Source of the DNA: a virus
Taxonomy: Duplodnaviria; Caudoviricetes
Length of the DNA stretch: 64,000 bases
Strand: one strand, 5' to 3'
Virus record (IMG/VR): IMGVR_UViG_2974750029_000001
Span: 1,219 to 65,218 of that record
In this document: piece by piece, positions 18,421-28,412 of the stretch
Layout: every line of letters starts with the position of its first letter
Position numbering within the stretch: the first letter of the stretch is position 1
Position numbers and translations under genes: made by a program
Notes under the pieces: generated by a model
Database searches by the model: none
Seen by the model: the letters and a program-made list of their open reading frames with translations, nothing else
What the model was told of the DNA's origin: nothing

Positions 18421-19101
18421 ATGCCTTCGTTCGCCGCTCTGGCAAAGCGCCAGGGAGAACTCATCCGCAAGCCCCTGGCGGGCATCATCGGCGTCGCACC
18501 TGAAGACACCGAGATCGACGCCGATTTCAAGCTCACCGTACTGACCGGCGGAGCGATCGAGCTCGCCGATCTCAGCGACTTCGACCAGCTCGGTTGGGTC
18601 TCGAAGTCCGACGGCGTGGTCTTCTCGGCCGACACCGAGACCAGCGACGTCGAGTCGTGGGGTGCCCTGGAGCCGACCCGCTCCGACATCACCAAGGACG
18701 TGACCTCCGCGCAGTTCACCTGCCAGGAGACCAACAAGACCGTCCTGGAGATGTTCTACAACGTCGACCTCGACGGTGTCCTCGGCGAGTTCGAGACCGG
18801 CGAGATCGCGTTCAACCAGTCGATCGAGCCGACGACCACCTACCGCCGCATGATCTTCCTGTCGAAGGACGGCAGCGGGACCAAGGAGGTCTTCATCGGC
18901 AAGCTGATGCCGCGTGCATCGGTCACCGCGAAGTCCGACCAGAACTGGAACTCCGAGGACGCCCTCGTCCACGGCATGACCATCGTCGCCAAGGTCGACG
19001 ACGAGCTCGGTTACGCCGTCCGGCACATGTTCGGTGGCGCGGGCTGGAAGTCGCAGCTCACCAAGATGGGCTTCACCCTGGCACCGGCCCCGACGCCGTA
19101 G
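18421..19101 (+). CDS. Major tail protein
   Basis: LGWVSKSDG, VESWG.LEPTRSDIT, QETN and FGG.GW motifs. Confidence 0.9.
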   Translation: MPSFAALAKRQGELIRKPLAGIIGVAPEDTEIDADFKLTVLTGGAIELADLSDFDQLGWVSKSDGVVFSADTETSDVESWGALEPTRSDITKDVTSAQFTCQETNKTVLEMFYNVDLDGVLGEFETGEIAFNQSIEPTTTYRRMIFLSKDGSGTKEVFIGKLMPRASVTAKSDQNWNSEDALVHGMTIVAKVDDELGYAVRHMFGGAGWKSQLTKMGFTLAPAPTP

Positions 19102-19106
19102 CAGAC

Positions 19107-19163
19107 CCAGTCCGGCCCACTCTTCCTCCCCGGTAGTGGGCCGGACTGGTCTCCACCGGGGAG
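19107..19163 (+). other. Stem-loop with loop complementary to downstream sequence
   Basis: 15-bp stem 19107-19121/19135-19149; loop CTCCCCGGT (19126-19134) complements ACCGGGGAG (19155-19163). Confidence 0.7.
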
Positions 19164-19188
19164 AACCCTTCCACCAGAGGAGAATCCA

Positions 19189-19503
19189 ATGGCTTTCGAG
19201 CCCGTTCAGCTCGTCCACCCGAAGACCGGCGCAACCGTCACTGCGACGACCGCAGTCGACCTCACCACGTTCCGGTTCAACGACGGCTACGTTCCGGCCG
19301 ATTCCGCCGAGGCGCTGCTCCGCGTCGACGGCAACGACAAGAAGTACCCCAAGCTGGCCGAAGGCCTCAAGGCCCTGAAGGCCGAGGGGGATTCGGCTCC
19401 CAATGACGTCAAGGAGGTATCCTCGACGAAGACGGGTAAGCCGTCCGGTCAGACCGTGAAGAGCGGGACCGACGCCAGCGGCAAGGACGTCGGCGTCTCC
19501 TGA
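19189..19503 (+). CDS. Hypothetical protein
   Basis: GAGGAG RBS; same frame as the major tail gene. Confidence 0.75.
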   Translation: MAFEPVQLVHPKTGATVTATTAVDLTTFRFNDGYVPADSAEALLRVDGNDKKYPKLAEGLKALKAEGDSAPNDVKEVSSTKTGKPSGQTVKSGTDASGKDVGVS

Positions 19504-19532
19504 CCGACCACCGACCGGGGAGATAGACACAC

Positions 19533-19850
19533 ATGGCAAGCGTTTCGTTCGAGGATCTCGAAAAGCGGGCAGCGCGACGGATCAAGGGCCGCAACCGGTC
19601 CCCCTACGTGCTGAAGGTCGAGGGCGATGACGACATCGTCATCAAGTACCCCGACGCCGTCACGTCGATGGAGTACGAGGCCGCCACCGGGATCATGGAG
19701 CAGCTCCGCATCCTGTCGGGCTCGGAGTATCCGCGACTGATCGACCTCTTCCGCGGCAAGGACATCGCCGTCGTCCAGCTCTTCATCACCGACATGTGGG
19801 AGACCTGGAACGACGACAGTCATGAGGTCCCTGGGGGAAAAGAGGCCTGA
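19533..19850 (+). CDS. Tail assembly chaperone (gpG-like)
   Basis: Position before the tape measure gene; ends at a slippery GGGGGAAAA. Confidence 0.85.
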   Translation: MASVSFEDLEKRAARRIKGRNRSPYVLKVEGDDDIVIKYPDAVTSMEYEAATGIMEQLRILSGSEYPRLIDLFRGKDIAVVQLFITDMWETWNDDSHEVPGGKEA

Positions 19851-20341
19851 TCCAGCTCTTCGACCAGTACGGCCGCGATCTTCTTCTTGACTTTCGCGAC
19901 TACTGGTCGGGGCTGGATGTCATCGAGTACTTCTCGGGAGAGCGTTCCTGGTTCGAGTTCTACGAGTTCATGAACGCTCTCCCTCCCCACTCGCGGTTCA
20001 AGGCCAAGCTGGCGCTGGACCCCGAACTCGCCGAGCAGTTGCACGCGCAGCGCAAGGCCGCAGGGGAGACCGACGAGGAGATCGAGGACGACAACTCCGA
20101 GGGTTGGAAGCCGGAAACCCGTTCGCAAGAAGGCTTCACCCCGATCATCGCGATAATGTACTCGATGCTCGAAGCGATCAACGAGATCTCGCGCACGACC
20201 GTCGCCGTCAACGGCGGGAAGCCTCCGCAGCAGCAGAAGCTCCCTCGGCCGTTCTCGGCGCTGGAGATGCTGGAGCTCCAGGACGAGCGGGACGACATGA
20301 TGGACCTCGGCGCGAGGTTTGGCATGAAGCAGCCGGACTGA
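19533..20341 (+). CDS. Tail assembly chaperone, -1 frameshift product (gpGT-like)
   Basis: G GGA AAA heptamer at 19835-19841; the -1 frame (RGLIQLFDQYG...) is open to 20341. Confidence 0.85.
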
Positions 20342-20366
20342 GATAGGATTTCAGCAGGCCTACCGG

Positions 20367-20404
20367 AAGGGCACCAGGGAACGGAAACCCCTGGTGCCCT
20401 TTCC
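20367..20404 (+). terminator. Hairpin, possible terminator or processing site before the tape measure gene
   Basis: AAGGGCACCAGGG (20367-20379) / CCCTGGTGCCCTT (20389-20401); short U tract. Confidence 0.55.
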
Positions 20405-20428
20405 TATATCCAAGAGGAGTGAGACACC

Positions 20429-23400
20429 GTGGCGAAGACCTTCCTGGTCGGAGAAGGCGCTGTACGGCTCATTCCCAATGCCGCCGGGTTCCACCTCAAA
20501 GCTCGCGCCGAGCTGAAGAAGGAGCCGCTCAACGTCAAGGTGGACCTGAAGCCGAACATGTCGGGCTTCACCACCCAGGCGAAGGGGATGCTGAAGAGCG
20601 TCACCACCCTGAAGGTCGGCGTCGAGTTGCGGCCGGACGCTACGGGTTTCAGCCAGAAGGCGCAGGCCAAGCTCGACGCGACCAAGAAGCTGCGGGTCAA
20701 GGCCGACATCATCGGGAAGCTCGACGCGGGGTCGATCGCTCGCGCCCATGCCGCAGCGCAGATGCAGCTCACCGCGATGGGCCCGCTGAAGATCAGCATC
20801 CATTCCGACATCGACGACGCTAGCCTGCGGCGTGCGCTGGAGATCCTGAAGGCGAGGGTCGAGGCTACGCGGATCACCGCGAACATCAACTCGCGGAACG
20901 GACGCGATCGGGGAATGCCCGGCGGCGGGTCCGGCGGAGGCCGCGGCGGAAACGGACCCCTCGGCCGCCGACCGGTGCGCAACGCCGCCATCGGTTCCGC
21001 GGTGGTCATGGCCCCCATCGTCACCAAGGCCGCCGTCGGCGGTCTCACCGCGCTCATCGGTGCCGCCAGCCAGGCCGCCGGTGCGCTCGGCCTTCTCCCG
21101 GCCGCCGCCACGGCCGCCGGTGCCGGTCTGGCCGCGATCGCCATCGGCGCAGCGGGGATCGGGGGCGCGTTCTCCGCGCTGTCGAAGGAGTCGAAGAGCG
21201 CCGGTGCCGACGTCGCCAACAGCGCCAGCCAGCAGGCCGCCGCACAGCGAGCCCTGGCCGGTGCCGACCGAGGCCTTCAGACCGCGCACCGCGGGGTGAC
21301 TCGCGCTCTCGAAGACCTCAATGACGCGCGCAAGGAAGCGGTCCGCCGCCTGCGCGACATGAACGACGAGATGAAGATGGCCCCGCTCAACGAGCGGGAG
21401 GCCGCCCTCGCGATCAAGGAGGCGCAGCGTTCTCTCCAGGAGGCTTACGCTTCCGGCGACACGCTGGAGATCGAAGGCGCGCAGATCAACCTGGAGAAGT
21501 CGAAGCTCCAGTACGACCAGCTCCGCAAGCAGAACGACGACCTCGCAACCGATGTCGCCGAGGCGAACCGCAAGGGTGTCGAGGGCGACAAGGAGGTCAT
21601 CTCCGCGAAGGACGGCGTCACCGACGCCTACAACTCGCTCGCCGACGCGCAGGACGCGATGGCCGCTGCGCTCGACGGCCTGGCACAGGCCTCGAAGTCC
21701 GCCGCCGCGGGGGTCGACCAGCTCCAGCAGGCGATGGACAAGCTCTCGCCGAAGGCGCAGCAGTTCGTCCGCCAGGTCCACGCGCTCGGCCCGGCCTGGA
21801 CCGAGACCCGCAAGTTCATCCAGGACGCGCTGTTTGACCACATGGGTGACTCGGTCACCAAGCTGGCGAACGTTCAGCTCCCGGTGCTGAAGACCGGCCT
21901 GGCGGGGATTGCGACCGAGATCAACTCCGGTGTGCGCGGTGCCCTGGCGGCGTTCTCGACGGACATGGCCGCGGCCGACTTCACGACCACGCTGGAGAAC
22001 TCGCGGCAGATGTGGGCCGGTATCGGCCAGAGCTTCGCGCCGTTCTCGGTCGCGTTCATGAACCTGGCGACCGTCGGCTCCGAGTTCATGCCGCGGCTCG
22101 GTACCGCGATCGCGAACATGGGGTCGTCGTTCAAGGAGTTCACCGACCGCACTCGCGCCGACGGCTCGATGCAGGAGTTCTTCGACAACTCGATCGAGAT
22201 GGCGAAGCAGCTCGGCCGTATCCTCTCCAACGTCGGCCACATCCTCGGCTCGATCTTCTCTGCGGGTGCCGAGACTGGTGCCGGGTTCCTCAACACCATC
22301 GAGACCGCCACTGCGGAGCTGCGCGAGTTCCTGGAGTCGGCCGAAGGCCAGGAGGGGCTGAAGACGTTCTTTGAGGGCGTGAAGGTCGCCGTCCAGGCGC
22401 TCGCTCCCATCATCCAGATCGTCGCCTCGACATTCCTCACTGCGCTCGGACCGGCGCTGACCGACTTCGTCATCGGTCTGGGCCCCGGCCTGGTCGCCAT
22501 GTTCGAGGGTCTCTCCAGCGGGCTCCAGGCCATCCAGCCGGTCATGCAGGTGGTCGGCGGGGCCATCGGCTCCATCGGATTCGAGCTCGGCAAGGTCTTC
22601 GAGGTTCTCGGCCCGGTCATCGCGCAGACTCTCACCGCGTTGGCTCCGGCGGTCGCACCGCTGGCCGAGCTGCTCGGCCACATCATCACCGGTCTCGCGC
22701 CGATCCTGCCGCTCGTGGCGCAGTTCGTCGGACTGCTGATCTCCGCTCTCGCACCGGCACTGACGAAGATCGTCGACGCGCTCGCCCCGGTGATCCAGCA
22801 GCTCGTCGACGCGCTGATGCCGATCCTTCCGCCGATCATGGACGTCCTCGGCGAGGTGGCCTCGGCGATCGCGGACGCGCTCGTGCTTGCGATCGAGAGC
22901 CTCCTGCCGTTCCTGCCGCAGCTCGTCGAGCTGTGGGGCGGGCTGATCCAGTCGCTCCTGCCCCTGGTCCCGATCCTGGTCAACCTCGCGCTGTCGGTCG
23001 TGCCGCCGCTGGTGCGCGCGCTCGAAGGCATCCTGCCGGTCGTCATGCGAGTGATCCAGATCCTCGCCGACATGATCGCGTTCGTCGTGCCGATTCTGAT
23101 CCCGGTGCTGAAGCTGCTCTCGGCCGTTGTGACCGAGGTGTTCTCGTGGATCGGCTCGCTGATCGGCGCGATCTTCCGCAACGTCCTCGACCCGATCTTC
23201 TCGGCCCTCGGCCGAGTGATCGGCTGGCTCGGCGACCTCTTCCACTGGCTGTGGGAGGAGGCGATCAAGCCCGCCTGGGACGGCATCGCTGCCGCCTCGA
23301 AGTGGGCCTGGGAGAACGTGATCCAGCCTGCCTTCGAGGGAATCAAGACCGGCATCTCGAAGGTCGGCGACTTCTTCTCCGCGGTGGTCGATGGAATCGG

Positions 23401-25828
23401 CAAGGCCTGGGGCAAGCTCGGCGAGATCGCCTCGAAGCCGATCAACTGGGTCATCAACCACGTCGTCAACGGCGGCATCGGCAAGGCCTGGTCGGCGGTC
23501 GACAACTTCCTCGGCGGACACCTGCCGGACTGGAAGGACGTCCCGCCGATCGCGATGGCGACCGGCGGCGAGGTCCCGCTCACGAAGGACGCCGAGCGGG
23601 GCAAGGACTCGGTCCGCGTTCTCGCCATGCCCGGCGAGCACATGTGGGATGTCACCAACGTCGAGCGCGCCGGTGGTCAGAAGGCCATGTACCGGATGCG
23701 CGACATGGTCGACCGCGGCCAGCCGTTCACCTGGACCCCGGCGGGGATCGCCGCGGCGAAGGGTGACGGTGCGCTGCCGCGTTACGCCAAGGGTGGCGAG
23801 ATCAGTGCCGGTGATCGCCTGGCCCCGTTGCCCGGCGAGGGTGGCCTTCAGCCGATCGCGCAGCTCATGGCGCGCATCATCAAGGCCACGTGGCCCAACA
23901 CCGTCAGCTCGATCGGCGGATACCGTCCGCCGGATGGCTACAACGAGCACAGCTCGGGCCGCGCGCTCGACGTGATGATCGACAACATGAAGACCGGCGA
24001 CGAGGTCGCCGACTTCTCGCTGGCGAACCACAAGAACTACCCGATCAACTGGACCATCTGGAAGCAGATGATGCACTACCCGCCAGATGGTCGGACCTCC
24101 AAGATGGAGGATCGTGGTTCGCCGACGCAGAACCACATGGACCACGACCACATCTTCTACTCGGAGAACCAGAAGGGGCCGATCAACCCCAACGTGATGC
24201 CCGACAACATCGCGTTCGGCGGGGTCACCGATGCCGCTGTTCGCAAGGGCATCACGGCATGGGCCGAGAAGGCGTTCAACACTGCGCTCGACCCGGTGAA
24301 GAAGCTGGTGAACAGCGATGCCTTCGCGCCGCCGCCGCAGATCAAGGCGACCCCGAAGCACATGTACGACGGGATCGTGGAGCCCGCCAAGGAGAAGCTC
24401 CTCGACAAGGTCTCCGAGCTCACCTCGATGAAGGGGTGGAAGAACATGCTCGGGGGTGCCGTCGACAAGGTGAAGTCAGCCGGGGGCAACCTGGTCGGCG
24501 GGGCCGTGAGCCTCGGCAAGAAGATCCTGTTCGACACCGGCGGTGTCGTCCGGCCGGGCACCACCGTGGTGCAGAACAACACCGGCAAGGACGAGTACAT
24601 GCTCGACCCCTTCGAGACCATGCTGCTGCGTGGCCTCGTCGAGGGCCTGCGCGGGATCGGGATCAAGCCGACGCTGCCGAGCGACACCGGACCGCAGACC
24701 TCCACGCCGGAGACGCAGGACGTCAACATCGCTGGGGTCGGCGGAAAGTCGACCAGCCCCGGCGAGCTACCGGTCCCCGAGTCGAAGGAGATCCAGCCAC
24801 CGACGCCGGAGGAACTCGGCGAGGGCGAGGTGCCCGACGGCGGCACCATCGAGCTCGTTCAGAACGCCGACGGCACCTGGTCGGCCAAGGACCCCGAGTG
24901 GAACAAGCTGATCCAGCGGGAGTCCGGCGGCCGCGCCGACGTGACCCAGGGAATCTCGGACGCCAACAGCGGCGGCAACGAGGCCTCGGGGCTCTTCCAG
25001 ATCGCCAAGGGCACCTGGGCCAGCTACGGCGGCACCAAGTTCGCGCCGACCGCCGGTGAGGCGACGCCGCAGCAGCAGGCCGAGATCGCGGCGAAGATTT
25101 TCAACGCCGAGGGCGGGTCCCCGTGGGGCTCCGGCGCGGGCCAGAACTTCGGCCGCGAGGACGAGGCCGCTCTGCGCGCCGGGATCAAGCGCGGCCCGAG
25201 CGGGGCCAAGGGCGACCCGGTCAACGTCACGTCGAAGGACTGGCCGACCACCGCCGACGACGTCAAGCCCGGCGACACCACCGGTTCGGCCTACGGCCAG
25301 AACCTCCAGGGTGCCGCGATCGGTCAGGACGGCAGCTACAAGCCGGACAACAACGTCACCGCTGGTGACAAGGGCGGGAATGCGGCTGCCGACAAGCCGA
25401 TGTTCAGCAACCCGTTCGAGACCACCGCGGGCAAGTTCGCGATGAAGTTCGCCGAGAATACGCCGCTGGGAATTGGTGGGCCGCAGGCGAAGAAGCTCCA
25501 GGAGAAGGCCCCGGCAGTCACCGAGCTCGCCAACGGTATCGCCAAGGCCGCCCCGGCCTGGGGTGCCGCGCTCGCCGGTGACCCGACGCAGCTCATCGCC
25601 AACGTCGGGCAGGCGACCGGACAGTGGGCCACCAAGACCGCCAGCGACTTCGCGCAGTACCTCCCCGAGGCCGCACCGGGAATGCTGGAGAGCGCACTGT
25701 CGGCGATCGGCGGGCCTCTCATCGGTACCGTTAACACCGGAGTGAGTGAAGAGCAGCTCATGTCGACGATGGAAGATGCACAGAACCGGCAGATCCGCCG
25801 GTCGAAGACCGGCCGACGGAGGTACTGA
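20429..25828 (+). CDS. Tape measure protein with peptidase-like and Rpf-like transglycosylase domains
   Basis: 1799 aa Ala/Leu-rich helical repeats; GGYR...EHSSGRALD...NHMDH.H and W..LIQRESGG...GLFQI..GTW..YGG...SPW motifs. Confidence 0.95.
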   Translation: MAKTFLVGEGAVRLIPNAAGFHLKARAELKKEPLNVKVDLKPNMSGFTTQAKGMLKSVTTLKVGVELRPDATGFSQKAQAKLDATKKLRVKADIIGKLDAGSIARAHAAAQMQLTAMGPLKISIHSDIDDASLRRALEILKARVEATRITANINSRNGRDRGMPGGGSGGGRGGNGPLGRRPVRNAAIGSAVVMAPIVTKAAVGGLTALIGAASQAAGALGLLPAAATAAGAGLAAIAIGAAGIGGAFSALSKESKSAGADVANSASQQAAAQRALAGADRGLQTAHRGVTRALEDLNDARKEAVRRLRDMNDEMKMAPLNEREAALAIKEAQRSLQEAYASGDTLEIEGAQINLEKSKLQYDQLRKQNDDLATDVAEANRKGVEGDKEVISAKDGVTDAYNSLADAQDAMAAALDGLAQASKSAAAGVDQLQQAMDKLSPKAQQFVRQVHALGPAWTETRKFIQDALFDHMGDSVTKLANVQLPVLKTGLAGIATEINSGVRGALAAFSTDMAAADFTTTLENSRQMWAGIGQSFAPFSVAFMNLATVGSEFMPRLGTAIANMGSSFKEFTDRTRADGSMQEFFDNSIEMAKQLGRILSNVGHILGSIFSAGAETGAGFLNTIETATAELREFLESAEGQEGLKTFFEGVKVAVQALAPIIQIVASTFLTALGPALTDFVIGLGPGLVAMFEGLSSGLQAIQPVMQVVGGAIGSIGFELGKVFEVLGPVIAQTLTALAPAVAPLAELLGHIITGLAPILPLVAQFVGLLISALAPALTKIVDALAPVIQQLVDALMPILPPIMDVLGEVASAIADALVLAIESLLPFLPQLVELWGGLIQSLLPLVPILVNLALSVVPPLVRALEGILPVVMRVIQILADMIAFVVPILIPVLKLLSAVVTEVFSWIGSLIGAIFRNVLDPIFSALGRVIGWLGDLFHWLWEEAIKPAWDGIAAASKWAWENVIQPAFEGIKTGISKVGDFFSAVVDGIGKAWGKLGEIASKPINWVINHVVNGGIGKAWSAVDNFLGGHLPDWKDVPPIAMATGGEVPLTKDAERGKDSVRVLAMPGEHMWDVTNVERAGGQKAMYRMRDMVDRGQPFTWTPAGIAAAKGDGALPRYAKGGEISAGDRLAPLPGEGGLQPIAQLMARIIKATWPNTVSSIGGYRPPDGYNEHSSGRALDVMIDNMKTGDEVADFSLANHKNYPINWTIWKQMMHYPPDGRTSKMEDRGSPTQNHMDHDHIFYSENQKGPINPNVMPDNIAFGGVTDAAVRKGITAWAEKAFNTALDPVKKLVNSDAFAPPPQIKATPKHMYDGIVEPAKEKLLDKVSELTSMKGWKNMLGGAVDKVKSAGGNLVGGAVSLGKKILFDTGGVVRPGTTVVQNNTGKDEYMLDPFETMLLRGLVEGLRGIGIKPTLPSDTGPQTSTPETQDVNIAGVGGKSTSPGELPVPESKEIQPPTPEELGEGEVPDGGTIELVQNADGTWSAKDPEWNKLIQRESGGRADVTQGISDANSGGNEASGLFQIAKGTWASYGGTKFAPTAGEATPQQQAEIAAKIFNAEGGSPWGSGAGQNFGREDEAALRAGIKRGPSGAKGDPVNVTSKDWPTTADDVKPGDTTGSAYGQNLQGAAIGQDGSYKPDNNVTAGDKGGNAAADKPMFSNPFETTAGKFAMKFAENTPLGIGGPQAKKLQEKAPAVTELANGIAKAAPAWGAALAGDPTQLIANVGQATGQWATKTASDFAQYLPEAAPGMLESALSAIGGPLIGTVNTGVSEEQLMSTMEDAQNRQIRRSKTGRRRY

Positions 25829-25830
25829 GT

Positions 25831-26751
25831 GTGAGCGGGGGACTCAGCCACGGGGACAAGACCTGGATCATCTTTCGGGGCCCCAACGGCGGCCGGTTCT
25901 GGCTCTCGGGGATGCGCGGCCGAGGCAAGCAGGGGGTCGAGCTCTCGAACGGCCTTGTGGGACTGGACCGGCCGCCGACCGAGCTCATCTGGCTCCAGGA
26001 GGCCCGCCAGAACGGCGCGGATCTCGTGGGGTCGAACATCGACATTCGCACGGTCAAGGGTGCCGTCAACATCCTCGGCCGGACGCCGCGCGAGGTCCGT
26101 GCCCGCTACGACGACTGGCAGCGCAACAACTTCCACGACCGGTACTCGCGGCTGTTCTTCATCAACAGCTACAGCGGGGTCCGGTTCCTCGACGTGCTCC
26201 TGGGAGAGACGCCGAACGGGTCGCTCGACAAGGACCCGGCGCTGCTGAAGCGCATCATCGACTACCCGTGGACGTGGGTGTCGCCGAACCCCTACTACAA
26301 GGGCTATACCGAGACCTTCGAGACGAAGATGCCAACCGGCAACGGCATCACCGAAGTTCGGGTGCGCAACCTCGGTAACGCACCGCGGACGTATCCGCGC
26401 ATCTACCTCCCTGGCCCCGGCACCTGGCACATCCCCCGCGGGACGCGCCAGGTGAACTGGCGGGGAGAGGAGAACCTCGGCCCGCTCGTCGACGAGGACA
26501 CGATCAAGCTGCCGACGCTGAAGACCGGCGAGGGCATCTGGCTCAACCCTGACCCGCGCGTGGAGACGATCACGAAGGTACGCAACGGGTCCAAGGAGGA
26601 GACGAACCTCTGGGCACAGATGAACGGTCAGCGGCCGAAGCTGTGGCTCAACCCCGACTCCCAGGAGATCTGGAAGTTCCGATGCGAGGGTGGCCTCGAC
26701 CAGCAGAAGGTGAAGATGATCGTCCAGCCTCTCTACATGACGTTCTGGTGA
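25831..26751 (+). CDS. Minor tail protein (distal tail, Dit-like)
   Basis: First gene after the tape measure gene; size and motifs typical. Confidence 0.85.
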   Translation: MSGGLSHGDKTWIIFRGPNGGRFWLSGMRGRGKQGVELSNGLVGLDRPPTELIWLQEARQNGADLVGSNIDIRTVKGAVNILGRTPREVRARYDDWQRNNFHDRYSRLFFINSYSGVRFLDVLLGETPNGSLDKDPALLKRIIDYPWTWVSPNPYYKGYTETFETKMPTGNGITEVRVRNLGNAPRTYPRIYLPGPGTWHIPRGTRQVNWRGEENLGPLVDEDTIKLPTLKTGEGIWLNPDPRVETITKVRNGSKEETNLWAQMNGQRPKLWLNPDSQEIWKFRCEGGLDQQKVKMIVQPLYMTFW

Positions 26752-26755
26752 GCCG

Positions 26756-28372
26756 ATGCCTCCGCTGATGACTGACGCTCCACCGATCCCGATGGACGAC
26801 CGCGGGATCGTTTCGTCGTTCCGTACCGAGTCCGAGATCGAGATCCGCCGGTGGATCGGCGACGACCCGATGGGTCTCGAAGGCTACTGCAACGACTACA
26901 TCGAGGCCGAGGTCGAGTTCACCGAGAACGAGACCGGAACCGGCCATATCGAGGTCCCTCCCAACTCGAAGTGGGCCTCGATCTTCGCCAACTGCGACAA
27001 CGAGAACGTCTTCGTCCACGTCAAGGTCAACGGCGAGTGGTGGACCGGCCGGGTGGACAAGTGCCGCAAGGTCCGCAAGGGCAAGAAGCGCACCATCATC
27101 GCCGAGCTGGTGAGCGACTACGTGTGGCTCGAAGCGATGTTCTGCTGGCCGAACAACTTTGCGCCGCTGGGAATCCAGTGGCCGAAGAAGAACGTCAAGC
27201 TCATGCCGACGAAGAGCATGATCGAGAGTTACCTGTTCGAGGTGATCTTCCGGCTCCAGGCTTTCGGCTCCGGCCTGTACCGGTTCCCCATCGGGTTCTT
27301 TAACAACCCTGGGGAGAACTGGTGGTCGATGAAGGTGAAGGACTGGGCACAGCCGTGCGTGGTCATCCCCGGCAACATCCTCTACGACACGACCCGCTGG
27401 AACTCGCTCCTCGCGCGCATGACGCCGCTCGACGAGCTGTTCAAGGACGTGCTCTACGACGAGCACTGCGTGCTGGAGGCGAAGGCCTTCGTCCCCGGCC
27501 GCGACCCGCAGCCGTCGAGCAAGATCACGCTCGAAAAGCCCTGCATCTACTTCCAGGTCAAGGACAAGCGGGGCGTGGTCGGCCGGACCGGCACCGTGCT
27601 CGACGGTCTGTTCAACACGGTCATCGACACGATTGACCCGTTCCTGACCAACATCGTCGGCGCGTTCACCGAGAGCAGCGAGATGTACTCGCTGTCGAAG
27701 TTCTTCGGCACCGACCCGAAGGACCCGTGGGTGGTCATCCGCGAGGACGACATCGACGACGACATCGAAGAGTCCGAAGTCGTCATCAACTCGCCGCAGG
27801 CACACACCGCGATCGTCGGCGGCCAGTCGCCGGAGTGGCTGAACAAGGGCATCGAGATGATCGCCAACGCGGCGATCTCGGGAGTCCTCGCGATGGCGGG
27901 AGTCTCGTTCCTCTCCGACCTGATCAGCGGGGAACTCTCCGACATCGCCCTGGCCTTCCAGAGCCAGACCGACGAACGCCGCCGCGCGAAGTTCGGCCTC
28001 TTCTGCCTGCCGGAGGCCTACCCAGGCAGCGGGACCACGGCCTACACCTACGAATCGGTGCAGGCGCTCCGCAAGGTGCTCTACGAGACCCGGCCGCACC
28101 GCACGTTCTCGGTGACGATCAACGACGGGAAGCCGTTCATCCCGTTCGTCCACTTCGGCATCGGCGACCCGATCGGCTGGGAGGACGACGGCGAGATCCA
28201 CGTCGACTACGTCCGGCGGATCACCGTCACGCTCAACCGGGCCAAGCGAACCAAGCTCCAGATCCAGGTCGGCGACAACGGGGGCATGAAGGACCCGATG
28301 GAGCTGGCGATCAAGCGGATTCAGGGGGTCAAGCAGGCCTTCGACTTCTGGACTTTGTCGGATAGCGGATAG
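26756..28372 (+). CDS. Minor tail protein (baseplate hub-like)
   Basis: ENETGTG, WTGRV, VGGQSPEWLN, LAFQ and HFGIGD motifs. Confidence 0.88.
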   Translation: MPPLMTDAPPIPMDDRGIVSSFRTESEIEIRRWIGDDPMGLEGYCNDYIEAEVEFTENETGTGHIEVPPNSKWASIFANCDNENVFVHVKVNGEWWTGRVDKCRKVRKGKKRTIIAELVSDYVWLEAMFCWPNNFAPLGIQWPKKNVKLMPTKSMIESYLFEVIFRLQAFGSGLYRFPIGFFNNPGENWWSMKVKDWAQPCVVIPGNILYDTTRWNSLLARMTPLDELFKDVLYDEHCVLEAKAFVPGRDPQPSSKITLEKPCIYFQVKDKRGVVGRTGTVLDGLFNTVIDTIDPFLTNIVGAFTESSEMYSLSKFFGTDPKDPWVVIREDDIDDDIEESEVVINSPQAHTAIVGGQSPEWLNKGIEMIANAAISGVLAMAGVSFLSDLISGELSDIALAFQSQTDERRRAKFGLFCLPEAYPGSGTTAYTYESVQALRKVLYETRPHRTFSVTINDGKPFIPFVHFGIGDPIGWEDDGEIHVDYVRRITVTLNRAKRTKLQIQVGDNGGMKDPMELAIKRIQGVKQAFDFWTLSDSG

Positions 28373-28412
28373 CCCCCGATAGACTAATTGCGACCGAGGG
28401 AGAGCACTTCAC

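Noticed and set aside
19833-19841. Tail chaperone -1 frameshift as a novelty
   Set aside because: Real but a standard siphovirus feature; listed under features.
20360-24361. Very long antisense ORFs (20360-24361, 41140-44739, 37253-38917 and others)
   Set aside because: They are shadow frames of high-GC3 genes with clear motifs on the opposite strand; no RBS or recognisable domains.
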